From IMG/VR virus record IMGVR_UViG_3300033997_000243, positions 248,001 through 312,000 of that record: a stretch of DNA of 64,000 nt, one strand, 5' to 3'. A program made the position numbers and the translations under genes. Position 1 is the first letter of the stretch. Every line of letters starts with the position of its first letter. This document shows, piece by piece, positions 38,527 through 48,012 of the stretch. The notes below the pieces were generated by a model that was not told the DNA's origin, searched no databases, and saw nothing but the letters and a program-made list of their open reading frames with translations.

Positions 38527-38858
38527 TACGACTTCCTTTGATAATAAAATGGGATTTCAACACGAACATAATCAGGATGAAAAGCAAGTAAACAAGGTAA
38601 TACATAGATCTTGTATTTGTTCACATCCAATTTCTGTTGGACAACCTCGTTAAGTTTATCCAAACATTCTTCTAAAGTTTTTGCACTTTTTTGAATTCTT
38701 TTGTAGTGGCATTTCTCCGTATCAACATTTATAAATTTAGATGCAACGCCAAATACAGCGTCACATATTTCTTTGGTGCTAATTAGCTTTTTGGGAACCA
38801 AACTTTTTTCAAGTTTGTGTGGCTTTCTAGGTCGGCCACTTCCATCATAAATTGACAT
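38526..38858 (-). CDS. hypothetical protein
   Basis: 110 aa, GGAGG RBS. Confidence 0.75.
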   Translation of the reverse strand: MSIYDGSGRPRKPHKLEKSLVPKKLISTKEICDAVFGVASKFINVDTEKCHYKRIQKSAKTLEECLDKLNEVVQQKLDVNKYKIYVLPCLLAFHPDYVRVEIPFYYQRKS

Positions 38859-39867
38859 TCCTTCCTCCAGAAATAGATTTCAGGTATTGATCAATTAATT
38901 GCTGTGAAGCAATGTTTTTATGTTTCGCCTCACACATAATATCGAAGCTTGGTAGAAAACTTAGCGCCCAAGCATTCGAGTGCCAGTTTGGATATTGGTC
39001 ACTGTGCTCACGCAACTTTCTACTATCAGTCTCCATTTTTGCCAAAGTAGGTCTACGTGAAAACTTTTCATTGACCAGATATTCCTCACGCGAATACGCA
39101 TAGTGAATAACTGGCCTGACGCCTCTCCAACTTTCTATAACTTGTAACGCACGTTTAGAATCAGGTTTAATGTAACCGCCGCTATGAATCCAATGATGGT
39201 GAATATCCAGAACAATAGGAACCAAGTCGGCTATAGCTAAAACGTCATCCAAGCCAGAACTGTATTCATCATTTTCCACAGTGATTATGTTACGGGCAGC
39301 CGCACTTAATCTTTTGTAGGTTTTTCTGAAAACAGATTCACCACCTTTACCATTCAAATGAATGTTGCATTTAAAATCTTGAAACTTTCTACCATAGCCC
39401 ATAAGTTCTGCGATATAAGCATGATACTCAAATTCTTCAATACTCTTTTCAACAACATTTGGATTCTCACTGGCAAGCACACAAAATTGCGCTGGATGAA
39501 AACTAAGTCTAACGTCACCTGCAAAAGTTCGCACATTTGCCAAATGTTTTTCTAGGTAACGCTCTACGTCTTTACGTTTGTAAAAATGAGAAAAATCAGG
39601 ATGCGTAAAAAGAGGAAAAGCATCACTACTAAGGCGAACCATTTGTGCAATCTTTGGAAGCGACCTAACATAGCTAATCATGTTGTAGATAGCTTTGATG
39701 TTGAATTCCATTATTTCCCAAAGGCGATCTTGCCAAAGGTCAGGATTGTCTTTGCACCACTTGACAGTTGTGGTTCTCATATTGTAAGGTTCTTCCAACT
39801 TTTTAAGTTCACTCGTTTTTAGTGATCTGTCAGGGTGCATGTATTTACAAGCGAAGCCAATTTTCAT
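38845..39867 (-). CDS. uvsE: UV damage endonuclease UvsE/UvdE
   Basis: KIGFACK, VRLSSD, RLSFHPAQF, ITVENDE, VLDIHHH, HSD, DIMCEAKHKN. Confidence 0.93.
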   Translation of the reverse strand: MKIGFACKYMHPDRSLKTSELKKLEEPYNMRTTTVKWCKDNPDLWQDRLWEIMEFNIKAIYNMISYVRSLPKIAQMVRLSSDAFPLFTHPDFSHFYKRKDVERYLEKHLANVRTFAGDVRLSFHPAQFCVLASENPNVVEKSIEEFEYHAYIAELMGYGRKFQDFKCNIHLNGKGGESVFRKTYKRLSAAARNIITVENDEYSSGLDDVLAIADLVPIVLDIHHHWIHSGGYIKPDSKRALQVIESWRGVRPVIHYAYSREEYLVNEKFSRRPTLAKMETDSRKLREHSDQYPNWHSNAWALSFLPSFDIMCEAKHKNIASQQLIDQYLKSISGGRNVNL

Positions 39868-39868
39868 A

Positions 39869-40147
39869 TTACACCAGTAAAAGAAGTATTAAAAGTTGCG
39901 GAGCAAAAATCAAATCATTTTTGTACGCGGCTATTCCCGTGCGATCAGGATTAGCTTCTGAATCTTTTATCAGCAAATAAAGGCTAACAATTGAAAATAA
40001 AGTTGAAATAATTATAGGGGCCGCTGATAAAATTCCAACTTGTCTAAAGTATTTATCGAGGCAAAAAGAAAATAAACTAATGGCCGTCAGTGCGGCAATC
40101 AAATGAAAAGTTTTTCCACTTGTAATAATCGAGCCTGACTGGATCAT
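39869..40147 (-). CDS. small membrane protein
   Basis: 92 aa, 2-3 hydrophobic segments. Confidence 0.65.
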   Translation of the reverse strand: MIQSGSIITSGKTFHLIAALTAISLFSFCLDKYFRQVGILSAAPIIISTLFSIVSLYLLIKDSEANPDRTGIAAYKNDLIFAPQLLILLLLV

Positions 40148-40577
40148 GATGAATTACCCTTACAATACTTTTATCTTTATTGACTGATATACAAAAGAAG
40201 CCTTTACGAAAACAAAACAGATCCAGATCTCTAAGTGAGTTTCTGTTTTTGTAATGCAAATCTTTAATGACTAATGGATCACTGATGCACATTTTCATTT
40301 GATGTGCATAATAGCGAACAAAAGCTTCAGAGTTTGATGCGTTCCAAGAACTTCCTGTAATAACACACTTCAAACTTTTCTGTTCTTGATCATTCGCCTT
40401 ATAGGTATACAAAATCGGATTAGGATCAAAGCGATTGTATTTTGAAACGTGTACAGGATTTAATTTTGGATAAGGGAAGAAGATTTTATCTTCTGTTCGA
40501 CCATAGCTCAAATGAGTTGTTTCTATACGACAACCATAACGTCTAAGGTCTTTTAAAATCTCTAATCTAGTTTGCAT
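40077..40577 (-). CDS. hypothetical protein
   Basis: Start moved to ATG 40577 (MQTRL). Confidence 0.7.
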   Translation of the reverse strand: MQTRLEILKDLRRYGCRIETTHLSYGRTEDKIFFPYPKLNPVHVSKYNRFDPNPILYTYKANDQEQKSLKCVITGSSWNASNSEAFVRYYAHQMKMCISDPLVIKDLHYKNRNSLRDLDLFCFRKGFFCISVNKDKSIVRVIHHDPVRLDYYKWKNFSFDCRTDGH

Positions 40578-40631
40578 ATCACAATTCCCATACGCAAAAG
40601 TTTGCGGCCCCAATTAAGAGGCCACGTTTGT

Positions 40632-42251
40632 TTATTCTACAGAAACAGTTGTCGGCATTTTGAAAACAGCACGAGTTGTTTTCACAACTTCTTCTTCATA
40701 AGTAATCAGCCCCAAATGAGCAAATTCCAAAATGAAGTTTTCTGAGTATTCATCACAATTTTCGTACACGGGTTTTTCAGTACCAACTTTTGTACGTTTG
40801 CTAACTTCTACAACCAAAGGTTCTCCAGAGATTCGCGTCTGACTTTCAACCAGATAGTTGTAGAAAACTCTGATAGCATCTGCCGCTGTTTCAACTTGTT
40901 GTATAAAGTTTTGTATTGTCAGACCAACACGGCCTTTAGATGAAACATAATGAATGCCGAACATATAAACTTTGCCGTCCAAAGATTCTGCAAAAGTATA
41001 GCTCTGCTCTTCAAAAAATTCAGTATCTGGAATATCCAGAACGAAGCCGTAAAGTGAAGTTTGACCCAAGACCGAAATAATATCAGACTGTGTATCTTCA
41101 TCCAGATCAATAAGCATAAGCCTTGGCGTATCTAAATGCGTGGCGTTAAAGCTGGAAACCATTGACATTAAAGCAGGGCCGACACCGCGAATCACAACAG
41201 GCTTTTCTTCTTTTTTGAACTTTGGATTTAGTTTAATTCTTTTTGGCTTCTTAACAGGCCGAACCTTTTCAGAAGCGCTTTCTGCCGGAACTTCAACAAG
41301 TTCGTCAACTGGAACGGATTCAGATTCCAGTGGAAGTTGTTTTTGTTCTGAAACTTTTTTATCTTCAGTCGGCTCACGCAGCAAAGATGCCAGTTCAAGC
41401 TTTTTACTTGAACTGCTTGGAGCTTTTTGTTCTTCAGTCATAGCGGCCTCGGCTTTTGCAAAGTTGTTTAAAATAAATGCTGATAACTCTTTGTACTTTT
41501 TGGCTTCATTCGCTTCTGGATGTTCCATATACGAATTAATATAACGATATTTAAAGTTCAGGATATAAGAATAGAACTTAGATTTACTTCTGGCATATTT
41601 TGCCATGAAGTCGATCATAGTAGAGACTTTCTGATGAATGTGTGAAGCATCAGTTAATTCATCAATGTCCACAGACTTGTAATAAGTCTGATTTAACCAA
41701 ATGGCTGCCTCAACAAATTCGTCGGAAATTTCTGAAGTAACATCCAGACGATTTATTTGATACATCAGAGTTTCTTTACCATGTACCGCAAATGCCTGAC
41801 ACACCATTGGAATCTTATCAAGAAACATAAGTTTATCCATTTCCTGAGTGGTAATAAACTTTCCTACCAAGCCGTACTGATCAATAAGATCGACCATGCG
41901 AAGAACAAGGCTATTGTTAGAACTACGAACAGTATTGGTCTGTTTAATAACAGCCGATTCACAAAACTTGCGAAGAGGTTCGCGGATTTCTGCTTTACCT
42001 TGGCAGTGACGAACATGAAAGGCACGAAAGCCAGACAGAGTATCTGACAAACTTTTTTGTTCAGAATTGGCCAGTGAAGATTTCTCAGTTAAATTCTCAA
42101 CGAGAATTTGTGCTTGAACACAAACATCGTTAATTAAATTCAGTGGAACTTTTGAAGCTTTTGCTTGTGTGCGAAAAGCTTCTGGAGTAGCGCAAATTTC
42201 TAACGCCATTGCAGATAAAACGAAACTTAATGATGAAGTGACTTTGCTCAT
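40632..42251 (-). CDS. hypothetical protein
   Basis: 539 aa, GAGG RBS. Confidence 0.85.
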   Translation of the reverse strand: MSKVTSSLSFVLSAMALEICATPEAFRTQAKASKVPLNLINDVCVQAQILVENLTEKSSLANSEQKSLSDTLSGFRAFHVRHCQGKAEIREPLRKFCESAVIKQTNTVRSSNNSLVLRMVDLIDQYGLVGKFITTQEMDKLMFLDKIPMVCQAFAVHGKETLMYQINRLDVTSEISDEFVEAAIWLNQTYYKSVDIDELTDASHIHQKVSTMIDFMAKYARSKSKFYSYILNFKYRYINSYMEHPEANEAKKYKELSAFILNNFAKAEAAMTEEQKAPSSSSKKLELASLLREPTEDKKVSEQKQLPLESESVPVDELVEVPAESASEKVRPVKKPKRIKLNPKFKKEEKPVVIRGVGPALMSMVSSFNATHLDTPRLMLIDLDEDTQSDIISVLGQTSLYGFVLDIPDTEFFEEQSYTFAESLDGKVYMFGIHYVSSKGRVGLTIQNFIQQVETAADAIRVFYNYLVESQTRISGEPLVVEVSKRTKVGTEKPVYENCDEYSENFILEFAHLGLITYEEEVVKTTRAVFKMPTTVSVE

Positions 42252-42277
42252 TTATTGATCCTCAAATGATAAACTTT

Positions 42278-42502
42278 TTATTTCCACAATTTCTTTGGAG
42301 CTTTAGTCCGATTGATTTTGTGGTAAACAGTTGATACTACAAATCCGAAAGTTGTTAAAGTAAAAAATACTACTAAACAACCATAAACAAAATACGCGGC
42401 AGCTTTAGTCGAGTACACATCAAAAAGAGCGCACGATAAAAGTAATAAAGTGGCACTAATTACAGCACCGAATAATCGACGTTGCCAACGCTGAGTTTGC
42501 AT
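42278..42502 (-). CDS. small two-TM membrane protein
   Basis: 74 aa, AGGAG RBS, first gene after class I promoter. Confidence 0.75.
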   Translation of the reverse strand: MQTQRWQRRLFGAVISATLLLLSCALFDVYSTKAAAYFVYGCLVVFFTLTTFGFVVSTVYHKINRTKAPKKLWK

Positions 42503-42569
42503 TTACTTCTTCTCCTAACAAACTTTTGTGCTTGTGAAAGTACAGCACTTCCCTTGTTTGTATGATGCC

Positions 42570-42627
42570 ATTATACCAAAAATGACCAAGTGCGTCTATG
42601 TCGATTTTTGACGCACTTGGATCAGTT
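42570..42627 (-). promoter_or_regulatory. class I promoter module
   Basis: AACTGATCCAAGTGCGTCAAAAA-N29-TATAAT; TAGACG-17-TATAAT. Confidence 0.85.
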
Positions 42628-42629
42628 GA

Positions 42630-42722
42630 TTACACACGTTTAATTTGACGCAGAACACGAATCATATTCGCTTTGTTCTGCCAGACCAAACGCTTTTGTT
42701 TTTCCAAAAGTTCTTTGCTCAT
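42630..42722 (-). CDS. 30 aa basic peptide (below ORF-track cutoff)
   Basis: GAGG RBS, then MSKELLEKQKRLVWQNKANMIRVLRQIKRV. Confidence 0.6.
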   Translation of the reverse strand: MSKELLEKQKRLVWQNKANMIRVLRQIKRV

Positions 42723-42764
42723 ATCTACCTCTTAATGACTGAGCAAAATATTACTCAGTCTTAC

Positions 42765-43403
42765 TTACTCAATATCAATGTTGTCTGCATTATATACTTG
42801 CCAGACACGTTTAATTATTTCCATAGAGCGATCATCTGGATGCCGATTTTTATTGTGCGGATTTTCAGCGTCCCACAATCTGTACTCATTACGAATCGCT
42901 TGACCAGTTGTATGATGAAGTTCAATCAAATCATCAAACGCAATTTCAAGCCAGCTTTCCATTTCATCCTGTGTGGAATTCTCCGTAATGTCATGTACTA
43001 TTTGATCGTCGTCCAGATAAACGAATTTACTTTCCTTAGTCTCTTTATCATCAAGCTGTTTTACAACTTTTCTGATTCGAGAATAAAGCTTTGCTCTTTT
43101 TTCTTTCTTACGGATTAATCGTCTTTTACGCATTAGCCGATCATGAGTTACCATGCCAGCAACGTAACCTAAACCGATACCTAGACCTGTGAATACACCA
43201 AACACAAATCCATTATTCGCGACAATAGCAATCGAAGCTGCATCAGCTAATCCCATAAACCAGCCTACACCAAAGGCCGAGAATTTTAGATTAGCCTGTA
43301 CGTTTTTACTTTGTATGGATCTGAAAAACGCACTAATGAAACCTGCTAAAGTAGCATACAAGAAAAATTGATACTCGATAATAAACTCCATCCAATACCT
43401 CAC
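42765..43403 (-). CDS. membrane protein with C-terminal G.AIRN...LW...HPDD.S domain (DUF6794-like, from memory)
   Basis: Three hydrophobic segments, then HHTTGQAIRNEYRLW...HPDDRSMEII. Confidence 0.7.
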   Translation of the reverse strand: MRYWMEFIIEYQFFLYATLAGFISAFFRSIQSKNVQANLKFSAFGVGWFMGLADAASIAIVANNGFVFGVFTGLGIGLGYVAGMVTHDRLMRKRRLIRKKEKRAKLYSRIRKVVKQLDDKETKESKFVYLDDDQIVHDITENSTQDEMESWLEIAFDDLIELHHTTGQAIRNEYRLWDAENPHNKNRHPDDRSMEIIKRVWQVYNADNIDIE

Positions 43404-43843
43404 AACTTTTCATAAACATAAGCGTCTATATTTTCCTGATTTATTCTGGCCCAACCTCCGGCAAGAATACGAGGATTAAGATGAAACAATTCAAGCTTAG
43501 GCTTAAACTGAATAGCTTCCTCGTTTTCAAGTCGATAATAACGCTTACCATTTCCTTTACGTAACAAATGAAAAACTGCTTCTTCAAACTTTTCAGGTGT
43601 TACAGCAACTAACCAGCCATGAAGATCTTTTTCACCTTCAGACTGTTCGACTATTCGAGCGCAATAAATAATCGAAGGCAAAGCTGGCTCAGCTTGGGCG
43701 CGAACTAAAGAGATCAGATCATTTAACATGGCCTCTTTCTTAAGTTTGACTGGCGTTCTTTGCGTAGATAGTCTACGAATTTCAGACTCAAGCCACTGAA
43801 TTTGATCGCGTCTAGTAAACTTACTTAGATTATTCAACTGCAT
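43400..43843 (-). CDS. hypothetical protein
   Basis: Start moved to ATG 43843 (MQLNN), GGAG RBS. Confidence 0.75.
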   Translation of the reverse strand: MQLNNLSKFTRRDQIQWLESEIRRLSTQRTPVKLKKEAMLNDLISLVRAQAEPALPSIIYCARIVEQSEGEKDLHGWLVAVTPEKFEEAVFHLLRKGNGKRYYRLENEEAIQFKPKLELFHLNPRILAGGWARINQENIDAYVYEKL

Positions 43844-43850
43844 AAAATTT

Positions 43851-44594
43851 CTACTCTCCAGCACTAAACTTACGCAATGTGTCAACTAAGTTATCTTCGT
43901 AATTGACAACACTGCGATTCGGTAAATAAATGTGAGGCATGAATTCTTCAATGAAAGAACATACCACGTACATGAAGTACCATTTATTTTCCAGTATCTT
44001 AATATTGTTCTGGAAGAAAAAACTGAATTCACTTAAAGCCATAAGCTCAGTCATTATTGCATTCAATTCAAAACGCGGGTTTATGTAAAGTTCTTTCTTT
44101 AAATATTTCACGCAAAGTTCTGTGGACTTACGTACAGAAAAATAACCACCTTCTAACCTTGAGGTGAAAAGCCAAGCTGCATTTGGAGCATCAGCAAAAC
44201 AACTGGCTACAGCAGTAGCTGAATGCGTTTCATGTTCGCTATTAATAAAGTAAAGTATGCGAGACATGAAAGCATTTTTGTTCGCCATATTTTCTTCCAT
44301 GATAATCCGGCAGCTTGATTTGTAGCAGGATATAACAGGATAATACTGTTGCATTGCCAAGCTGTCAGACGCATAAAGTCTGGTGTTGAGGTACTTGAGA
44401 ATACGACCGCCTTTGGACAAACTAGAGAAACCATACTGAGTTATTTTGGTTTCATCTTCAAACATTTCAAAGACAGCGTTAACAACAGAATCATACTGAT
44501 CCACGGTTGTTTCACCGGAAATCAGATATTGAATTTGATGATCCAGTTCTTTGTGGAAATCTTCGATTAAAAGAGAAAGCATTTGATAGTTCAT
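43851..44594 (-). CDS. hypothetical protein
   Basis: 247 aa ORF. Confidence 0.8.
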   Translation of the reverse strand: MNYQMLSLLIEDFHKELDHQIQYLISGETTVDQYDSVVNAVFEMFEDETKITQYGFSSLSKGGRILKYLNTRLYASDSLAMQQYYPVISCYKSSCRIIMEENMANKNAFMSRILYFINSEHETHSATAVASCFADAPNAAWLFTSRLEGGYFSVRKSTELCVKYLKKELYINPRFELNAIMTELMALSEFSFFFQNNIKILENKWYFMYVVCSFIEEFMPHIYLPNRSVVNYEDNLVDTLRKFSAGE

Positions 44595-44596
44595 TT

Positions 44597-45055
44597 TTAT
44601 TTCCTTACCAGATTGGCAATTGCAATTTGCATTAACTTCATAAATTCAGAAGCGGTTATTGTCGGCATACGTCTGTAAACAATCCAAACAAAAATTAACA
44701 CTTCTGGATTGTACATATAAGGCCGTTGATCATTTTCCAAATTGAACTGGGCGTACTCCAAATGCAAATTGAATTCAATAAGATCGAATTCTTTGCGCTT
44801 CGTTAAATGTATGCCAGCTAAAATATTCACGCCGAGGTTACTTACAAAAGTTTGCATTGCAGCAACACGTACTTCCATTTCAGAAAGCGGCCAAAATTTC
44901 TTATCGAAAAAGTAGCTACGAAAAACACGGCCTTCAACAACCAGCTCTACGTTAAAGCCTTCGATTAAACTTTCAGCAAATAGCTGGCAAGTTGTCTCTA
45001 ATGTTTCGGCTGTAAAATGAACCGGATGAATTAACGGAAAATCAAGTTGACTCAT
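44597..45055 (-). CDS. hypothetical protein
   Basis: Start at ATG 45055, ATGA overlap, GGAG RBS. Confidence 0.75.
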   Translation of the reverse strand: MSQLDFPLIHPVHFTAETLETTCQLFAESLIEGFNVELVVEGRVFRSYFFDKKFWPLSEMEVRVAAMQTFVSNLGVNILAGIHLTKRKEFDLIEFNLHLEYAQFNLENDQRPYMYNPEVLIFVWIVYRRMPTITASEFMKLMQIAIANLVRK

Positions 45056-45633
45056 TTTGGACTCCAATAAATGCTGGCTTCACCAGCACGTTTTTGTTCT
45101 ATAGAGAAAGCGTCAGAGAACTTTAGATAAATCTCAAAACTGTCTACCATAGAATCATCGGCAACCAAAGACAGATAAGTAAAAACAATTGAGCGTAACG
45201 CAGAAGCTGTTACTGCACCAGCAGTAGCATCGCGTTTGTTCAAACTGTTTCGGACATCAGCCAAAACCATTTGATAAAACACACCTGTCATTTTATCATC
45301 AGGCAAAGTATTATCAAGATAAACTGTGCGTAATAAAGTTTGCAGCAATACTTTGTCTGTATCAAAGGACACAAGTTCGACAAACTGCAAAAAATTACGC
45401 ATCACAACCGCAGTCACCAAATGAGCAGAACGCATCTTCTTTAATTCTGCAAATACGTCTTTGCGAACTTTGCTCTCAAAAGAATCGTTGATTCTTATTG
45501 ATTCACCGTCAGTAGGTAAAGTTAATTCGCCTATTACAGTGGCGCAGTGTTTAACTATATTTGTGCGAAGTTTATTGTCGGTTGGAAAAGAACGCATAGC
45601 CATTAAATAGGTTAATACAGCATTCGTACTCAT
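45052..45633 (-). CDS. hypothetical protein
   Basis: 193 aa, GAGG RBS. Confidence 0.8.
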   Translation of the reverse strand: MSTNAVLTYLMAMRSFPTDNKLRTNIVKHCATVIGELTLPTDGESIRINDSFESKVRKDVFAELKKMRSAHLVTAVVMRNFLQFVELVSFDTDKVLLQTLLRTVYLDNTLPDDKMTGVFYQMVLADVRNSLNKRDATAGAVTASALRSIVFTYLSLVADDSMVDSFEIYLKFSDAFSIEQKRAGEASIYWSPK

Positions 45634-45646
45634 AAAAATTCCTCAA

Positions 45647-45928
45647 TTATTCGATGATCATTACGTGCTTGATTATATCGTTAGACCAAACCAAGCCATT
45701 AAATTTTTGAACGGTTTCGATGCCAATAGGACTAAGTAAGCAGCGCTTAAACTGTCCAGATATTTCACTGCGAACATCAGCATCTTTGTAAACGTAGCCT
45801 TGTTTTGCAATAGCAAACTTTTTACCTTCTTCAACATCAAAGCAAACAATATGTCCATCTGGACGAGACATGCCGTGATCGAATTCGGTAACAGAAACTA
45901 TGTACGCATTAAACTTATCAGAGTTCAT
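45647..45928 (-). CDS. hypothetical protein
   Basis: 93 aa, GGAG RBS. Confidence 0.75.
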   Translation of the reverse strand: MNSDKFNAYIVSVTEFDHGMSRPDGHIVCFDVEEGKKFAIAKQGYVYKDADVRSEISGQFKRCLLSPIGIETVQKFNGLVWSNDIIKHVMIIE

Positions 45929-45931
45929 AAA

Positions 45932-46522
45932 CTACTCCGCAGGTTCTGGCTGATTCTCTTCTGAACAGACAATAGATTTAGATCTGGTTCCAGCAAGAAA
46001 TTTAGAGTCAACTAAGTCACATTGCTGCATTAACAAACCAAGTGCATAAAATATCCTTGAGTGCAAAACAAACTGATGCCAAAGCATTTGGTCGTTAAAA
46101 GATTGCAACCCAATAGTTGAAACGTCCACAACGTAAGTTTGATTTACGTCTTTGTTTATAAGTTTCATTATCTGATTTACAGTAGTCTTATCGAAAGGAC
46201 TTTCGCTTTGAACCATGTAGTGCATAATCAATACGAAAATCATGGGAAGCCAACGCATGGTGCGATCTTGATAAGACATTTTATGACCTTGTTTATCAGT
46301 GGCAACCATACCTGCTATATGTTTTTCTATAAACAAATTGTTTTGCAAGAATCTGTCTATGCGTGAATACACGACTATCAAATCCTGTTCTTCAGATTTA
46401 TTGACAAGATCGTCGTTCAGACTTAACCTTAAACTGTTCATGTGTATAATGAAGTTGAGTTTGAAGCTTAAGTTGTTAAAGAACACAAGAATTTTAAACT
46501 TTAAGTTATGATAAAATTTCAT
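45932..46522 (-). CDS. hypothetical protein
   Basis: 196 aa ORF. Confidence 0.75.
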   Translation of the reverse strand: MKFYHNLKFKILVFFNNLSFKLNFIIHMNSLRLSLNDDLVNKSEEQDLIVVYSRIDRFLQNNLFIEKHIAGMVATDKQGHKMSYQDRTMRWLPMIFVLIMHYMVQSESPFDKTTVNQIMKLINKDVNQTYVVDVSTIGLQSFNDQMLWHQFVLHSRIFYALGLLMQQCDLVDSKFLAGTRSKSIVCSEENQPEPAE

Positions 46523-46532
46523 TGTACTTTCC

Positions 46533-47213
46533 TTATACCCAAGAACGCATGTTTAATTGCATTCTTTTCAATGCTTGTTTATGAAGATTACTTATGCGAG
46601 GCACACAAAGTTCCATACGATTTCCAATCTCTTCCATGTTAAGATCGCGCATATAGTAAAGATTAACTACAATGGATTCCTGCTTTGGCAGTTTTGATAC
46701 GAATACTTTTAAAGCAGATCCTAACTTTGTGACCTCGCACTGACGATCCACAAAATCCACTTCAGTGCAGAAACCGTCAAAGTTGCTTTCATTGAGTTCA
46801 CTGTCAAGTAACACATGAATGCTGTGTGTTTCACGTTCGAGTTTATTAAACTCTTCGATAGAAATATTCAGCTCACGAGCAATTTCAATATTTGTTGGAA
46901 CGCGCAAAAACTTCTGCTCTAATGCAGAACGCACTTCATTTAGTTTACGAGCTTCTGCACAAACATTTTTAGGAATCCAACCTAGTTTTCTGGCCTCGTC
47001 TAACATTGAACCGTAAACTCGAATTCCAGCAAAAGTTTGAAAAGAAGTGCCAGAGTTTGAATCATAACGATCAATCGACTCCAGTATTCCAAGCATACCA
47101 GCTTGGATTAAATCATCCAGCTGTATACTCGCGGAAAGTTTGCCAATTAAACTGTTGGCAATGCGTTTAACCATAACCATATTATCCGCAATAATTTTTT
47201 GTTTGCTATTCAT
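46533..47213 (-). CDS. fliA: FliA/sigma28-family sigma factor
   Basis: VKRIANSL..KLSASIQLDDLIQAGMLGILES..RYD...G..F.TFAGIRVYGSMLDEARKLGWIP; region 4 LYY..DLNMEEIG..M.L...RIS.LHKQAL. Confidence 0.9.
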   Translation of the reverse strand: MNSKQKIIADNMVMVKRIANSLIGKLSASIQLDDLIQAGMLGILESIDRYDSNSGTSFQTFAGIRVYGSMLDEARKLGWIPKNVCAEARKLNEVRSALEQKFLRVPTNIEIARELNISIEEFNKLERETHSIHVLLDSELNESNFDGFCTEVDFVDRQCEVTKLGSALKVFVSKLPKQESIVVNLYYMRDLNMEEIGNRMELCVPRISNLHKQALKRMQLNMRSWV

Positions 47214-47961
47214 TATTGCCTCCTATTGCGACAATCTGATTTAAGTAAAGAGTTTTGTAAGACATATAACCGCCTTCTTTAAACTCAATGTTGATCAAAT
47301 GAAGATCTCGTGTCGGCACACCTTCCTGTTTAATCAGTGCAAAGTTTACCGGATTGAAATTTACAACCGTAGCATATTTCAACTTACCACGATCAAGATA
47401 TGTTATGCGTGATCCTTTTTGAATGCTAAAAAGATTAAGACCAAAACGCATATCATAGTTAAAGTTTTTCAGAGTGTGTGCAGAATAAGATTTGCCTTCA
47501 AACTCTAAAACTTCATTCAGATGATCTATGTAATTTTCTAAATCATCTTTTAATACATCAAGTGCCGCTCTTGGCGATACTGATATACTTGGGTCTGGAC
47601 TGTAATTACTACAGTTCAACAAACATTTTATTTTGTAGATGCGTTCTTCGTCAATAGTCGGAAACGAACCATCCCAAATAAGTTCAACGTGTAAGTGACA
47701 AGAGTTATTAATAATGATAACCTTGTTTTCTTCAACGAACATTTTTCGTGAAGTCACGTTGAACAACTGATAAACTTTTTCAACACTAATCTTTATAGTG
47801 CCACGAACTATTAAAGTTGCTAAACTGTCAGGTTCATAAAGACACTCACCAAGATAACTGCCTGAGATACTAATCCGCGCTTGTTGATCATACATGATCT
47901 TTATTAAGCTTGATAAATCCGCAGTAGCAGGTTTGTTTGGTATGGTATATAATTGTCGCAT
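47206..47961 (-). CDS. hypothetical protein
   Basis: 251 aa ORF overlapping fliA start. Confidence 0.8.
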   Translation of the reverse strand: MRQLYTIPNKPATADLSSLIKIMYDQQARISISGSYLGECLYEPDSLATLIVRGTIKISVEKVYQLFNVTSRKMFVEENKVIIINNSCHLHVELIWDGSFPTIDEERIYKIKCLLNCSNYSPDPSISVSPRAALDVLKDDLENYIDHLNEVLEFEGKSYSAHTLKNFNYDMRFGLNLFSIQKGSRITYLDRGKLKYATVVNFNPVNFALIKQEGVPTRDLHLINIEFKEGGYMSYKTLYLNQIVAIGGNNE

Positions 47962-47982
47962 TTGATTTTCCTTTCAAGCGGT

Positions 47983-48002
47983 AGGGGAACTTCTGTTCCC
48001 CT
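47983..48002 (-). terminator. hairpin / terminator candidate
   Basis: AGGGGAAC/GTTCCCCT stem. Confidence 0.5.
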
Positions 48003-48012
48003 CAGTTTAGTT

